Under the pieces are notes generated by a model. The model did no database searches, had not been told where the DNA came from, and saw only the letters and a program-made list of their open reading frames with translations. The translations under genes were made by a program, and so were the position numbers. A stretch of 64,000 nucleotides of DNA from assembly GCA_038116745.1 (NCBI GenBank), contig JAYODW010000008.1, positions 25,094-89,093 of the forward strand. Reading direction: 5' to 3'. Below, piece by piece: positions 26,783 through 36,352 of this stretch. The stretch comes from Gammaproteobacteria bacterium. GTDB taxonomy: Bacteria; Pseudomonadota; Gammaproteobacteria; Ga0077536. Position 1 is the first letter of the stretch; the number at the start of each line of letters is the position of its first letter.

Positions 26783-26859
26783 GCGCCCATAGCTCAGCTG
26801 GATAGAGTACCTGGCTTCGAACCAGGTGGTCGGAGGTTCGAATCCTTCTGGGCGCGCCA
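26783..26859 (+). tRNA. tRNA-Arg (anticodon TCG)
   Basis: 77-nt cloverleaf: GCGCCCA acceptor stem, D-loop AGCTGGATA, anticodon arm CCTGG-CTTCGAA-CCAGG, GGTTCGAATCC T-arm and an encoded CCA. Confidence 0.95.
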
Positions 26860-26898
26860 TTTCTGACCGGCGCCATGCCTCAAAAAGGGGGAAAGACG

Positions 26899-28170
26899 AT
26901 GTCCGGCACACAACCCATAACCGGGCACGCCGCCCAGCCTGATGCCGCACGGGCTTATGTCCCGCCACTGGAGCTGACACAGGGCCAGCCACCGCCCATC
27001 GCCGCGAACGGTGGCCTGTCTTACATGGCGTTCGACCAGAACGGTGATGCCGGCACGCAGGCGGCGCTCACCGCAGCGTTGGACCAGATCGCACGCGGCG
27101 ATGGACAGCCCATCATCGACCAGATCGAACACGCACCACCGGGCCCGGTCGTCACGCCCTGGGGTGCTGGATTCAGAACCCATGCCGAGTGCGTAGCGCA
27201 TATCCGCGCGCAGAGCAGGTCACTGCCCCCAGGCGCCGTTGAGCTGCCGCTGCGTTACACCGTTGACGAAAGGCCGAACTACACCGTGGTCACCTCGAAT
27301 GCGCTGTGGCAGGACGCCGCACGTGCCGCTGACGCAGCCGCGCTGCGCCAGGAGGACAGCGATATCGAACGCCGGCGTCTCTACTTTCCGCAGGTGCTGC
27401 GCGATGCGCGGCGCATCGAGGAGTACTACCCCGGCCTGTCGCCCTACAGCGCGGCCTGCATGGACCGGCTCGGTGTAGCGCTCGCGCACTGCGACTCGGC
27501 CTGCACTGATTTCTACAATGCCGCTGAAGTCGAGCGGGTGTTTTACCCGGAGATGGAGAAACTGCTGCTTGAGTTTTACCCCGACGCCGTGGATGCGCTG
27601 GTCTACAACCACGACGTTTTTGACAAGAGCTACAACGGCCGTGTGCGCGAGGACCAGGCAAACAAAGACCCGGGCGTGAATACCTTCTACGCCAATATCG
27701 TGCACAACGATCTGAACGACAACAGCGGGCGGGTGCGATGTCGGGAGCTTCTGACCCGCAACCTGCGCAACTTCGGCCGCACGCAGAATTACAGCGAAGC
27801 TGAAGCCGATGCAAAAATGTCGCGACGTTTCCTCTCCATCAATCTGGCCAAGCCCATGGAGACGGTGGAGCAATACCCCTTTGTACTCTGTGCGTGGCCG
27901 TCATTCGCAAGTCAGCCCTACATCACCGCCTACCGCATTTACGACGATCGCGTCGGCGAGACAACGCGCTTTACCTACAGCCCGGATCACGAGTGGTACT
28001 GGATCCCGCAGCAGCAACCGAACGAAGTTTCGATGCTCAAGTGCTACGACTCGGTTACTGACGGGTCCGTGTCGCGCTGGTCGTTCCACTCGGCGTGCGT
28101 AGATCCCACCGCACCCGAGAACGCGCGCTGTCGTCGTAACGTCGTCGTTCGCGCCTTCGTGTTTTTCTGA
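26899..28170 (+). CDS. CmcJ/NvfI (AsaB-like) Fe(II)/2OG oxidoreductase with N-terminal extension
   Basis: FYPEME, YNH, VHND, SINL.KP, PFVLC, HEWYWIP.QQPNEV.MLKCYDS and HSA motifs. Confidence 0.78.
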   Translation: MSGTQPITGHAAQPDAARAYVPPLELTQGQPPPIAANGGLSYMAFDQNGDAGTQAALTAALDQIARGDGQPIIDQIEHAPPGPVVTPWGAGFRTHAECVAHIRAQSRSLPPGAVELPLRYTVDERPNYTVVTSNALWQDAARAADAAALRQEDSDIERRRLYFPQVLRDARRIEEYYPGLSPYSAACMDRLGVALAHCDSACTDFYNAAEVERVFYPEMEKLLLEFYPDAVDALVYNHDVFDKSYNGRVREDQANKDPGVNTFYANIVHNDLNDNSGRVRCRELLTRNLRNFGRTQNYSEAEADAKMSRRFLSINLAKPMETVEQYPFVLCAWPSFASQPYITAYRIYDDRVGETTRFTYSPDHEWYWIPQQQPNEVSMLKCYDSVTDGSVSRWSFHSACVDPTAPENARCRRNVVVRAFVFF

Positions 28171-28507
28171 GCCACGATGTGTCCTGATCCCCACTGCAAT
28201 GGGGTCGCCAGAAAACCCGCCTTTCGAGCGCGATGCAGCGCAGTGCCAGCTAAGTTTCGGCCTCTCGTCGGGCTTCCTGAATGGGTCGGCTGTTCAGCAG
28301 CAACGCAACTGTCATCCGCCAGGATAGCGCTGGCTGAAACTCGTCGCACCCGATGAAGACGCCCGCCAAAGAACGCTCGCCACGATCGCGATAGCGCCCA
28401 CAGCTCCGCACCGCGCCCTTTGCAGGTAAGTCATGCGCCCGACTATCAATGCCGCTTTCCCTTTACCGAAGAGACACGGACTGATTCAAAAAACACGGGA
28501 GACCCGC

Positions 28508-30250
28508 ATGAGACCCGCCAGGTACCGTGCTGCAATGGCCCAGTGGCTGCTGCTGGCTCTCCTGCCGTGGGCCGCTGCGGCCGCCGATCTCCCGGGTTCT
28601 GCCAGCGCAGGCCAGATCGAGAGACGCTTCGAGCGGACACCGGAGGCGCGGTCCAGCTCCCGACCGTTCGGGATCCCGTCGACGAGCGTTAACGCGGCGC
28701 CCGCCGGTTCCGAAGACATCCGCTTCACCCTGTCCCGGGTCGACTACGACGGCGCCACCGCCTTTTCCAGCGCCGATCTGGCGGCACTGCACGCCGATCT
28801 GCTCGGCAAGGAAATCGCTTTGACCCAGGTTTATGCGCTCGCTGATGCCGTTACACGTCTCTACACCGGAGCCGGCTATCTGCTCAGCCGCGCGGTGGTG
28901 CCCGACCAGGTCATCGAAAACGGGCAGGTCCGACTGCAGGTCGTTGAAGGTTACGTCGACTCCGTAAACGTTGATGGGCTGGAAGGCATACGACCCGGCA
29001 TATTCGAACATCACATTGGAAAGTACCCCGAACCCAAGGTCTATGAACTGGGCATAAGACCGGGTTTGTTCGAGAACTACATTGCGCGGATCAAGGCCAG
29101 TCGGCCGCTTCATCGCGCCGTTCTGGAACGCTACCTGCTGCTGATCAACGATATCCCCGGGATGCACTTCAAAGCGGTCCTCGGCCCTTCCGACAAAGGC
29201 ATCGGTGCAACGATTCTGACCCTCACCGCAGCCCGCGAGCGATGGTCGGGAGCGCTCAGCTTCGACAACCGTGGTGCGAAAACGAGCGGCCCGTGGCAGG
29301 GAATGATCGAACTGACCGGAAACAACTTGTTAAACCTGCTCGACAGCACCACCTTGCGCTATGCGACCGTTCCGGATGATCCGCAGGAACTGCACTACTG
29401 GGCGGTCAGCCATCAGCAGCTGCTCTCACACGAGGGGCTGCGCCTGAACCTGGAATTCAACGGCGCCTACAGCGAACCGGGCTCTGAGCTGTTCGAGCAG
29501 CTGGAAGCCAAGACCAGCGCCCTTAGTAGTGGGTTCAATCTGAGCTATCCGTTTATCCGCTCCCGCACCCGCAACCTGACCCTCAGCGCCGGAGCCGCGC
29601 TGAGGGACTCCAAGGTCAAGCTGCTCGGCAGCACTGCGTCAGAGGACGATCTGACGGTCCTCTCGGTCGGCGCGAGCTTTGACCAGGCAGACGCCCTGGC
29701 CGGCGGCGGGGTGACCCTGCTGTCCGCCACGCTGAGTCAGGGACTGGACGTTCTGGGCGCGGACGTCACCAGTCGCGCCGAGGCAGACCCGGATTTCACC
29801 GTCGTGTCCCTGTATGCCTGGCGTTCTCAAAGCGTGACGGACAGGCTGCGTGCAGAGCTGCGCCTCGAGGGTCAGCTGACGGGCCAGAGCCTGCCCTCTA
29901 TCGAACAAGCGGGCCTTGGCGGCGAATTCAGCGTGCGCGGCTTTGAGCCCTCCGAATGGACGGGGGACCGGCTTTTCAACGCGTCGTTTGAACTCGTTTA
30001 CAACCCCGACGTTCCCTTGATCCCGACTGCGGAGCTCTACGGCTTTTACGACTACGGGAAAATCTGGCGGGAGGATGCACAGATCGGGGAGGACAGCTCA
30101 GATTCAGCGGATTCCGCCGGGCTTGGCACGCGGTTACAACTGACCCACGGGCTCGGAGTGAACCTGGAAGTGGCGCGCGCCCTGAGTGACGACAGCGAGG
30201 GTGATTCTCCAGGCTGGGAGCTCTACGTCCGCTTCCGCGGAGAGTTCTGA
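28508..30250 (+). CDS. ShlB/FhaC/HecB family two-partner secretion transporter (TpsB)
   Basis: Signal peptide, POTRA motif (Y...GYLLSRAVVP.Q...G.V.LQVVEG), DNRG, VRGF motif and a terminal Phe. Start uncertain. Confidence 0.92.
   Translation: MRPARYRAAMAQWLLLALLPWAAAAADLPGSASAGQIERRFERTPEARSSSRPFGIPSTSVNAAPAGSEDIRFTLSRVDYDGATAFSSADLAALHADLLGKEIALTQVYALADAVTRLYTGAGYLLSRAVVPDQVIENGQVRLQVVEGYVDSVNVDGLEGIRPGIFEHHIGKYPEPKVYELGIRPGLFENYIARIKASRPLHRAVLERYLLLINDIPGMHFKAVLGPSDKGIGATILTLTAARERWSGALSFDNRGAKTSGPWQGMIELTGNNLLNLLDSTTLRYATVPDDPQELHYWAVSHQQLLSHEGLRLNLEFNGAYSEPGSELFEQLEAKTSALSSGFNLSYPFIRSRTRNLTLSAGAALRDSKVKLLGSTASEDDLTVLSVGASFDQADALAGGGVTLLSATLSQGLDVLGADVTSRAEADPDFTVVSLYAWRSQSVTDRLRAELRLEGQLTGQSLPSIEQAGLGGEFSVRGFEPSEWTGDRLFNASFELVYNPDVPLIPTAELYGFYDYGKIWREDAQIGEDSSDSADSAGLGTRLQLTHGLGVNLEVARALSDDSEGDSPGWELYVRFRGEF
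28985..29084 (+). repeat. Imperfect tandem duplication (66-bp period) inside tpsB
   Basis: ggcatacgacccggcatattcgaacatcacattg (28985) versus ggcataagaccgggtttgttcgagaactacattg (29051), encoding GIRPGIFEHHI / GIRPGLFENYI. Confidence 0.8.
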
Positions 30251-30520
30251 CCGCACGCCACTCGCGCTACCGGCACGTCCACTGGAGGCGCACTACCAGA
30301 GGAGCAAGCAGAGGGTAAACGGAAACGGCGCAGGAAACCCTGATGTGGCAGGGCGAAGGCTTGCGGTCTAGGCTTTCGATCTGGAGACACGCAGCCTGGA
30401 GCGCTTGCGCGACGTTGCGGTGACCTATAAGCAAAGCCGCATCGACGAGCGAGGGCTGCGATAGCGCGCGCCGCAAGACGGGACCAGCTCCGGGCGTGTA
30501 CGGCCCGAGGAGTCAACACA

Positions 30521-33500
30521 ATGAGCATCAGTTTTAGAAGGTTTGAACGAGCGCCGGCGACACCCGCTGACAGGAGACATCCCCCGCGGGATCAAACGGC
30601 ATTAACTCGGGGCCCCGGCGAAGCATCATTTGTTATTTCAGGCCTCTTCATATTGCTGTTGCTGTTGCCGTTGCCGTCGTTAGCCAATCCGGAGGGCGGC
30701 CGGGTCGCAGGGGGTAACGCCAGCATCTCCAGCCAGGCGCAGACGCTGACGGTCAACCAGCATACCGACAAAGCCGTTATCAACTGGCAGAACTTTTCCA
30801 TCGGCGCCGACGAGACCACGCGCTTCGTCCAGCCCTCAAAAAGTGCCGTCGCGCTCAACCGGGTGGTCACAACTCAGCCCAGCGCAATCTTTGGCGCACT
30901 GGAAGCCAACGGCCATCTCTTTGTCGTGAATCCCAACGGCGTGGTCTTCGGACAGGGGTCCCGGATCGATGTGAACGGGCTGGTCGTGAGCACGCACGAT
31001 ATCTCCGACACCAACTTCATGCGCGGGGATTTCCGTTTCGATATACCCGGACGAGCAGACGCCGAAATCTTCAATCAGGGCGAGATCAGCGTTGGGGATG
31101 CCAGCCTCGCCGCTTTTGTCGCCCCCACAGTCCGCAACGACGGCATCATTCAGGCCCGACTAGGGAAGGTCGTGCTGGCCGCGGGCACGGGCTTCGCCCT
31201 CGATCTGTACGGCGACGGGCTACTGGAGCTACAGGTCGAGGAGGAACACGTCGACGAAATGCTGCGGGTAGAACACACCGGCCTCATCGAAGCCGAGAGC
31301 GTTCTGCTCACCGCCGGAACCGCGCGCAGGGTGGTCGACAGCGTGATTAACCTCAGCGGCAGCGTGCAGACTCGGACCGCACGGCAGGAGGGAGGCCGCA
31401 TCGTTATCGGCGGCAGCACCGGAGTCAGTACGGATATCAACATCAGCGGAACGCTGGACGCGGCGGGCTCGGACGGCACCAACACCGCCGCTGGCGGCGA
31501 AATCCTGGTCGCTGGCGGCGGCAAGGTGAACCTGCATGATGCCCGTCTCGATGTATCCGGCACCGGAAGCGGCGGCAGTATCTCCGTCGCCGGCGCAACA
31601 GCGGCCGGCGGCTCGACCGTCTTACTCAGCGGACAAAGTCAGCTTCTGGCAGACGGCGCAGCCGGCACCGGCGGGCAGGTGACGGTCACTGGCTACCACA
31701 CCGGTCTAACCGATACGACCCGGATCAACGCCACCGGCGCGAGCGGCGGCGGTCTCGCTCAGATTGGCGGCAGCTGGCAGGGTAGCAATCCAGAGGTTCC
31801 CGCGGCGACCGCGGTCTATGTCGGCCCGGATGTGGTCGTGGATGCATCCGCAGGCGCGCGCGGAGACGGCGGCACAATCGCAGTCTGGTCTGACGTCACC
31901 GACCAGAACTCATCCACCCGCGCGTATGGCGCACTTTTCGCCCGGGGCGGAGAGTTTGGCGGCAACGGCGGCGCAGTGGAAACCTCGGGCAGTTGGCTCG
32001 ATGCGGCCGGGATCACCGTCGACGCGGCGGCGCCGGCTGGTGAGAGCGGACTCTGGCTGCTCGATCCGCTGGACCTCTATGTGACCACTGCACCCACGAC
32101 CGCCCCGACGTCTATACCTGCGCCCGGAGATACCCTGTTCACGCCGGTCGCGGGCCAGAACAACGTCCTGAACACGGATATCGAGAACCAACTGGATGCA
32201 GGCACGAACGTCGTGCTGCAGACGATCGGCTCAGCCGGTGCCGAGAGCGGCAGCATTTACGTCAATGCAGACATTACCAAGAGCGGTGGAGCCCCGGCCT
32301 CCCTGGTTCTGGAAGCGGCAGGAAGCATCATTGTTGACGACAACGTTTCCGTTTGGTCTATCAACAACTCGCTTGACCTGCTGCTGCTTGCCGGCGGCGA
32401 TATTGCGCTCAAAAACGGCTCGAGCATTAACAGCAACGGCGGCATCGTCAGTCTGGACGGGCAAGGCATAACCCTCGACGGAACAATCGCTGGCGGCCAG
32501 GTAAGCCTCAGCGCAGCGATAGGAAATACGATCAGCGGCAGCGGAGGTATCGCGGCAAACGAACTGCTGGTTCTTGGGCCGTCATCCATCGAACTGAACA
32601 CAACAGCTGCCAACAATGTCGACATCCTGACAGCGGCTGGCGTGAACAGCGTGAGCTTCAGCAACGGCACCGCGTTGACTATCTCCGCCATCAGTGCGGC
32701 GGGCACAATCCAGGTATCCACCAATTCGGGTAATTTGATTGTTTCCGGAGACGTGATCACGACTGACGCGTCTGTTGGAGCCATCTCGCTCATCGCGGGG
32801 CAAGGCAGGCTTGCCGGAGATGCAGCCGGCGGCGACATCATCATCTCCGGGACGCCGACCCTCACGACCGGCGCCGGCGGCAGCATCCTGCTTTACACCG
32901 GCAGCATCAATGACAGCACAGGCCTCACCGAGCTGGTGGGCAGCGGTAGTCAGCGGTTCCGCTACAACGCCGACGAGAATACGAATTTTTCGGCCAGCGG
33001 CTGGCTCGATGTCGCAGCACCCGGGCTCTACGGCATCTATCGTGAGCAACCGCAAGCGTCGATTACGCAAATCAACAGCCAGAGCATGACCTACGGTGAT
33101 GCCATCCCGGTTCTGTCGGGGACGGCGGCCGGTCTGGTCAACGGCGACCTGCCCAATTACGCCGTTGGCGCGCCCGTATTTTCGGGTTCCGGCAACCTTG
33201 CGGTAATCGGCAGCCCCTACAGCGTCGGTGAGACTGCCCTGGCAGCGCTGGGTTACAGCGTTTTTACCAGCGCCCCTGGTGGACTGACGGTCAACCCGCT
33301 CACCCTGACCCTGACCGGTTTCGCGGTCCAGCCGGTCAAACCCTACGACGGCACGACAACCGCGGCGATCACCAATGTCGGCCGTTTCGCCGACCTCATA
33401 GCAGGCGATTCGGTCAGCTCCGGCAATGCGGGGGCGACCTATGACACGCCTGAAGTCGGCGGAAACAAGCTGGTCACCCTGAACGAACTGTCCCTCAGCG

Positions 33501-34669
33501 GGGAAGATGCTTCGAATTACGTCGTCGCCGGCCCCGCCACCACGACTGCGGCGATATCGGCGATCAATTCCGGGCCATTGGTCGTCGACATAGTCACCGG
33601 AGAGGACAACGCGGCGGAGCCTGAAGACTCGTCGGATGCAGACGTGGACGACGGTCCGCTGACGCCGGAGAAAGTGGCGCGCATGACACCGGAGCAGATC
33701 CGGCGGATCAAACCCAATCAGATCCACAACATGGACGCCGCAACCGCACGCGCGTTCAAACCCTTCCAACTGAAGGCCTTCACGACCGGTCAGGCCGACG
33801 CCCTCAAACCCGACCACTTTCAGCAGTTCAGCGGGGACCAATACAGGGGCTTCGCTGACGGATTCGTGGAGCTGAAGGACGAGCAGGTGGCAAGTCTGAT
33901 GCCGCCGGAAGCCAAAGGTGCGCTAGTGCGACTCGCGGTGTACTCGCGTAACGAACTTGATCCCGCCGAAATTGCCCGCGACGAGGACGCCCGCGAGCTG
34001 GCCTGGCGCATGGGCGAATTCACTCGCCAGCTGCAGCGGTCGGAAGAACTGAATGCTCAGGCGGCGCTGCTTCCCTGGAATCCTACGCTTGCGGCAATGA
34101 GATACGGTCGCTGGCCGCTGCTCCCCGGCATGCAGTTCGGCGCCATGCGGGTCGGGCTATTTGATTTCGGCGAAGAACCCCTGGTCGAACTGGCGGCGAG
34201 TGTCGGAGAGTTTTTTGCCGAAACCAAGGGCGAGAAGATTTTCAATGGTGCGATGACCTTTTTCGCCGGCAACCGCGCACTGGCCAGTAAGGCCGCCCGC
34301 ACAATGCTGACCGTGGCGCCGGTGATCGGCAATGTGCTGGCGCTCTACACAGTCATCTCGGGGAAGAGTCCGTTCACCGGGGAAGATGTCAGCGAGCTCG
34401 AGCGGTCACTGTGCGTGCTTGGGACGCTGCCCGGCGCAGGGGCCTTGCTGAAAATCGCAGGAAAAGAAAGCGCCGCAGTGGTGCGCAACCTCATTACCCA
34501 AGGCCAGAAGCTGCATCTGGAAAAGGTTGAGGACGTCGGCGAGACGACCAATCACATCATGGAGATCCTGGACACCACGGCTGCGCAAAGCGCCATCGCA
34601 GCCGGGGGCCGTCAGATCGAACAGCTGGCAGAAGCGCTGCTGCGTCCCTTCCTCAAAGCGGCTGCCTGA
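30521..34669 (+). CDS. TpsA filamentous-haemagglutinin-family exoprotein with YDG domain and C-terminal pre-toxin TG-like domain
   Basis: Signal ...SLA|NPEGG, INWQNFSI, NPNG TPS motif, Gly-rich beta-helix region, WLLDP, KPYDGTT (YDG), and APVIG...SGKSPFTGE near the C-terminus. Confidence 0.9.
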   Translation: MSISFRRFERAPATPADRRHPPRDQTALTRGPGEASFVISGLFILLLLLPLPSLANPEGGRVAGGNASISSQAQTLTVNQHTDKAVINWQNFSIGADETTRFVQPSKSAVALNRVVTTQPSAIFGALEANGHLFVVNPNGVVFGQGSRIDVNGLVVSTHDISDTNFMRGDFRFDIPGRADAEIFNQGEISVGDASLAAFVAPTVRNDGIIQARLGKVVLAAGTGFALDLYGDGLLELQVEEEHVDEMLRVEHTGLIEAESVLLTAGTARRVVDSVINLSGSVQTRTARQEGGRIVIGGSTGVSTDINISGTLDAAGSDGTNTAAGGEILVAGGGKVNLHDARLDVSGTGSGGSISVAGATAAGGSTVLLSGQSQLLADGAAGTGGQVTVTGYHTGLTDTTRINATGASGGGLAQIGGSWQGSNPEVPAATAVYVGPDVVVDASAGARGDGGTIAVWSDVTDQNSSTRAYGALFARGGEFGGNGGAVETSGSWLDAAGITVDAAAPAGESGLWLLDPLDLYVTTAPTTAPTSIPAPGDTLFTPVAGQNNVLNTDIENQLDAGTNVVLQTIGSAGAESGSIYVNADITKSGGAPASLVLEAAGSIIVDDNVSVWSINNSLDLLLLAGGDIALKNGSSINSNGGIVSLDGQGITLDGTIAGGQVSLSAAIGNTISGSGGIAANELLVLGPSSIELNTTAANNVDILTAAGVNSVSFSNGTALTISAISAAGTIQVSTNSGNLIVSGDVITTDASVGAISLIAGQGRLAGDAAGGDIIISGTPTLTTGAGGSILLYTGSINDSTGLTELVGSGSQRFRYNADENTNFSASGWLDVAAPGLYGIYREQPQASITQINSQSMTYGDAIPVLSGTAAGLVNGDLPNYAVGAPVFSGSGNLAVIGSPYSVGETALAALGYSVFTSAPGGLTVNPLTLTLTGFAVQPVKPYDGTTTAAITNVGRFADLIAGDSVSSGNAGATYDTPEVGGNKLVTLNELSLSGEDASNYVVAGPATTTAAISAINSGPLVVDIVTGEDNAAEPEDSSDADVDDGPLTPEKVARMTPEQIRRIKPNQIHNMDAATARAFKPFQLKAFTTGQADALKPDHFQQFSGDQYRGFADGFVELKDEQVASLMPPEAKGALVRLAVYSRNELDPAEIARDEDARELAWRMGEFTRQLQRSEELNAQAALLPWNPTLAAMRYGRWPLLPGMQFGAMRVGLFDFGEEPLVELAASVGEFFAETKGEKIFNGAMTFFAGNRALASKAARTMLTVAPVIGNVLALYTVISGKSPFTGEDVSELERSLCVLGTLPGAGALLKIAGKESAAVVRNLITQGQKLHLEKVEDVGETTNHIMEILDTTAAQSAIAAGGRQIEQLAEALLRPFLKAAA
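33659..33850 (+). repeat. About eight 8-residue protein repeats in TpsA
   Basis: LTPEKVAR MTPEQIRR IKPNQIHN MDAATARA FKPFQLKA FTTGQADA LKPDHFQQ FSGDQYRG. Position 1 is hydrophobic and position 5 is often Q. Confidence 0.65.
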
Positions 34670-36200
34670 TAGCCTGCGCCGCCACGATGCCGCGCGCCAC
34701 ATAATCGCCCCAGGCGGCAATCGTCATTGACGGTGGGCCACTTACCGGCCGGGGAAAGGCGGCGGCGTCAGCGACGTAAATGCCCGGGTTGCCGAACACC
34801 TCGCCCTGGCTGTCGACCACGCCGCTCTCGGAGTCGGCACCAATGCACGCTCCGCCGGTTGGATGCACGGTGATCGGTGTTTCGAAGTGATAAATCCGTC
34901 GCCCGCTCTTCTCGCCGATCCAGCGGAAGGCCTGCTTGATGCGCTGAAAGATCTCGCTGCGTTCAGGGCGGTAGTTGATCCGCAGTCGACCGCCACGATA
35001 ACTCACCCGCCCGTCCTGCGCATCAGCCCCCATGCCGGCGACGAAACTGCCCCGCTGCAGCATGCGCGAAACCCAGCGCCCCAGCGGCAGCTGCCGCGGC
35101 GACGGCAGCGTGCCCTCGGCGATCATGGGCCACGGCCGGCCCGCGCCGAGCGCCTCAGGATCGCGCGACCGAACCAGACCGTGCACCGGCATCGCCTGAC
35201 TCAGATCGCGCTCGTCATCGTCGAGCTTCCAGTAACCGAAGAAGTCGCCGTTACCGCCGAAGCGCTCACCGAGGCCGCGCATGGGCGCCAGATCGTGGCG
35301 CGCCTGAGCATGGAGCAGCAGTCGCAGAGTATTCAAAGTTCCCGCCGCCACCACCACGCGCTGCGCGCGACGTGTTTCGCGCCGACCGCTGTGATGGTTA
35401 ATTAAATCCACGGCGTACCCCTGCTCTGCACGTCGGACCGTATGCACCTCGCACAGGTCGAGCACCTTGAGCCCCTGGCGCATGGCGGCAGCAAGGAAGG
35501 CAAAATCGACTGACGTCTTGCCTCCGCCTTCAGAACCCAGATTGCCGTCTTCGCCGGGACGCGCTTCCCAGCGTTCGATACCGTCTGCTGTTGTAGTCCT
35601 GCGCGGCGCGCCGGGAATCTCGGCGAACGCAAGTCCCATGCTGAGTTCGTGGTCAGCGTCCTTCACATCGAATGCCGCGTTCGCGCCAAAACGCTCCGCC
35701 AGCCCATGCGGCAGACAGTCATCGGCCATCGGCGTGCGTGGCGCCATGCGTTCAAACACGCGCTCGTAGCTCGGCTCCATCCGTTCGGCACTGAGCTCCG
35801 GCGTGATGCTGCTCCAGTACTCTGGGTCGGGCGGCCGTACGTTCAGGCCGGAATACACGTGGCTGCCGCCGCCCACGCCGGACGAGCACACCACGTGCAG
35901 ACCGCCACCAAGATGAATATCGAACAGTCCCTTCCGGTTAAGGGTCACGCTGCCACCCGGGATCCAGCTGTTGCGCAACGTCCGCACCAGAGAAAGCAGC
36001 GCGCGCCGGCCGCGTGGGAAAGGCGCTCGGGCGCTGATCCCCATCGAGCGCACCGGAACGGTATCGCGCCACGGCCCGCGTTCGATCAACAGCACCTTCA
36101 AACCAGCCTCGATCAGGCGCGTGGCACAGGCGCTGCCGCCGAAACCGCTGCCAATTACGATGACATCACTCGGCTCGGGGATTGTGTCGCTTGCTGACAT
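34653..36200 (-). CDS. GMC oxidoreductase (cholesterol-oxidase-like)
   Basis: GSGFGG, ERG, GVGGGS, AAGTLNT and TVHPTGG motifs. ATG 36200 follows a GAGGAGG RBS. Confidence 0.88.
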   Translation of the reverse strand: MSASDTIPEPSDVIVIGSGFGGSACATRLIEAGLKVLLIERGPWRDTVPVRSMGISARAPFPRGRRALLSLVRTLRNSWIPGGSVTLNRKGLFDIHLGGGLHVVCSSGVGGGSHVYSGLNVRPPDPEYWSSITPELSAERMEPSYERVFERMAPRTPMADDCLPHGLAERFGANAAFDVKDADHELSMGLAFAEIPGAPRRTTTADGIERWEARPGEDGNLGSEGGGKTSVDFAFLAAAMRQGLKVLDLCEVHTVRRAEQGYAVDLINHHSGRRETRRAQRVVVAAGTLNTLRLLLHAQARHDLAPMRGLGERFGGNGDFFGYWKLDDDERDLSQAMPVHGLVRSRDPEALGAGRPWPMIAEGTLPSPRQLPLGRWVSRMLQRGSFVAGMGADAQDGRVSYRGGRLRINYRPERSEIFQRIKQAFRWIGEKSGRRIYHFETPITVHPTGGACIGADSESGVVDSQGEVFGNPGIYVADAAAFPRPVSGPPSMTIAAWGDYVARGIVAAQAIRQPL

Positions 36201-36352
36201 GGGCGGCCTCCTCAACGTGAACACACTCGCAAGCCGGCTCCGAGGACAACCGCCGACTCCCCGCGCTTTGTCACAGCGAACTTTCGATTACCCCGAAAAA
36301 TGCGGCCGCGCCAGCCTCGCCCCGATGCGGCACCCGCTCCCGGGCATCGCGA

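Noticed and set aside
26783-34669. tRNA-anchored genomic island
   Set aside because: No integrase, and I found no repeat of the tRNA 3' end in the window.
28508-34669. Classical CDI (cdiBAI) system
   Set aside because: No VENN motif, no toxin domain and no cdiI gene. TpsA is much shorter than typical CdiA.
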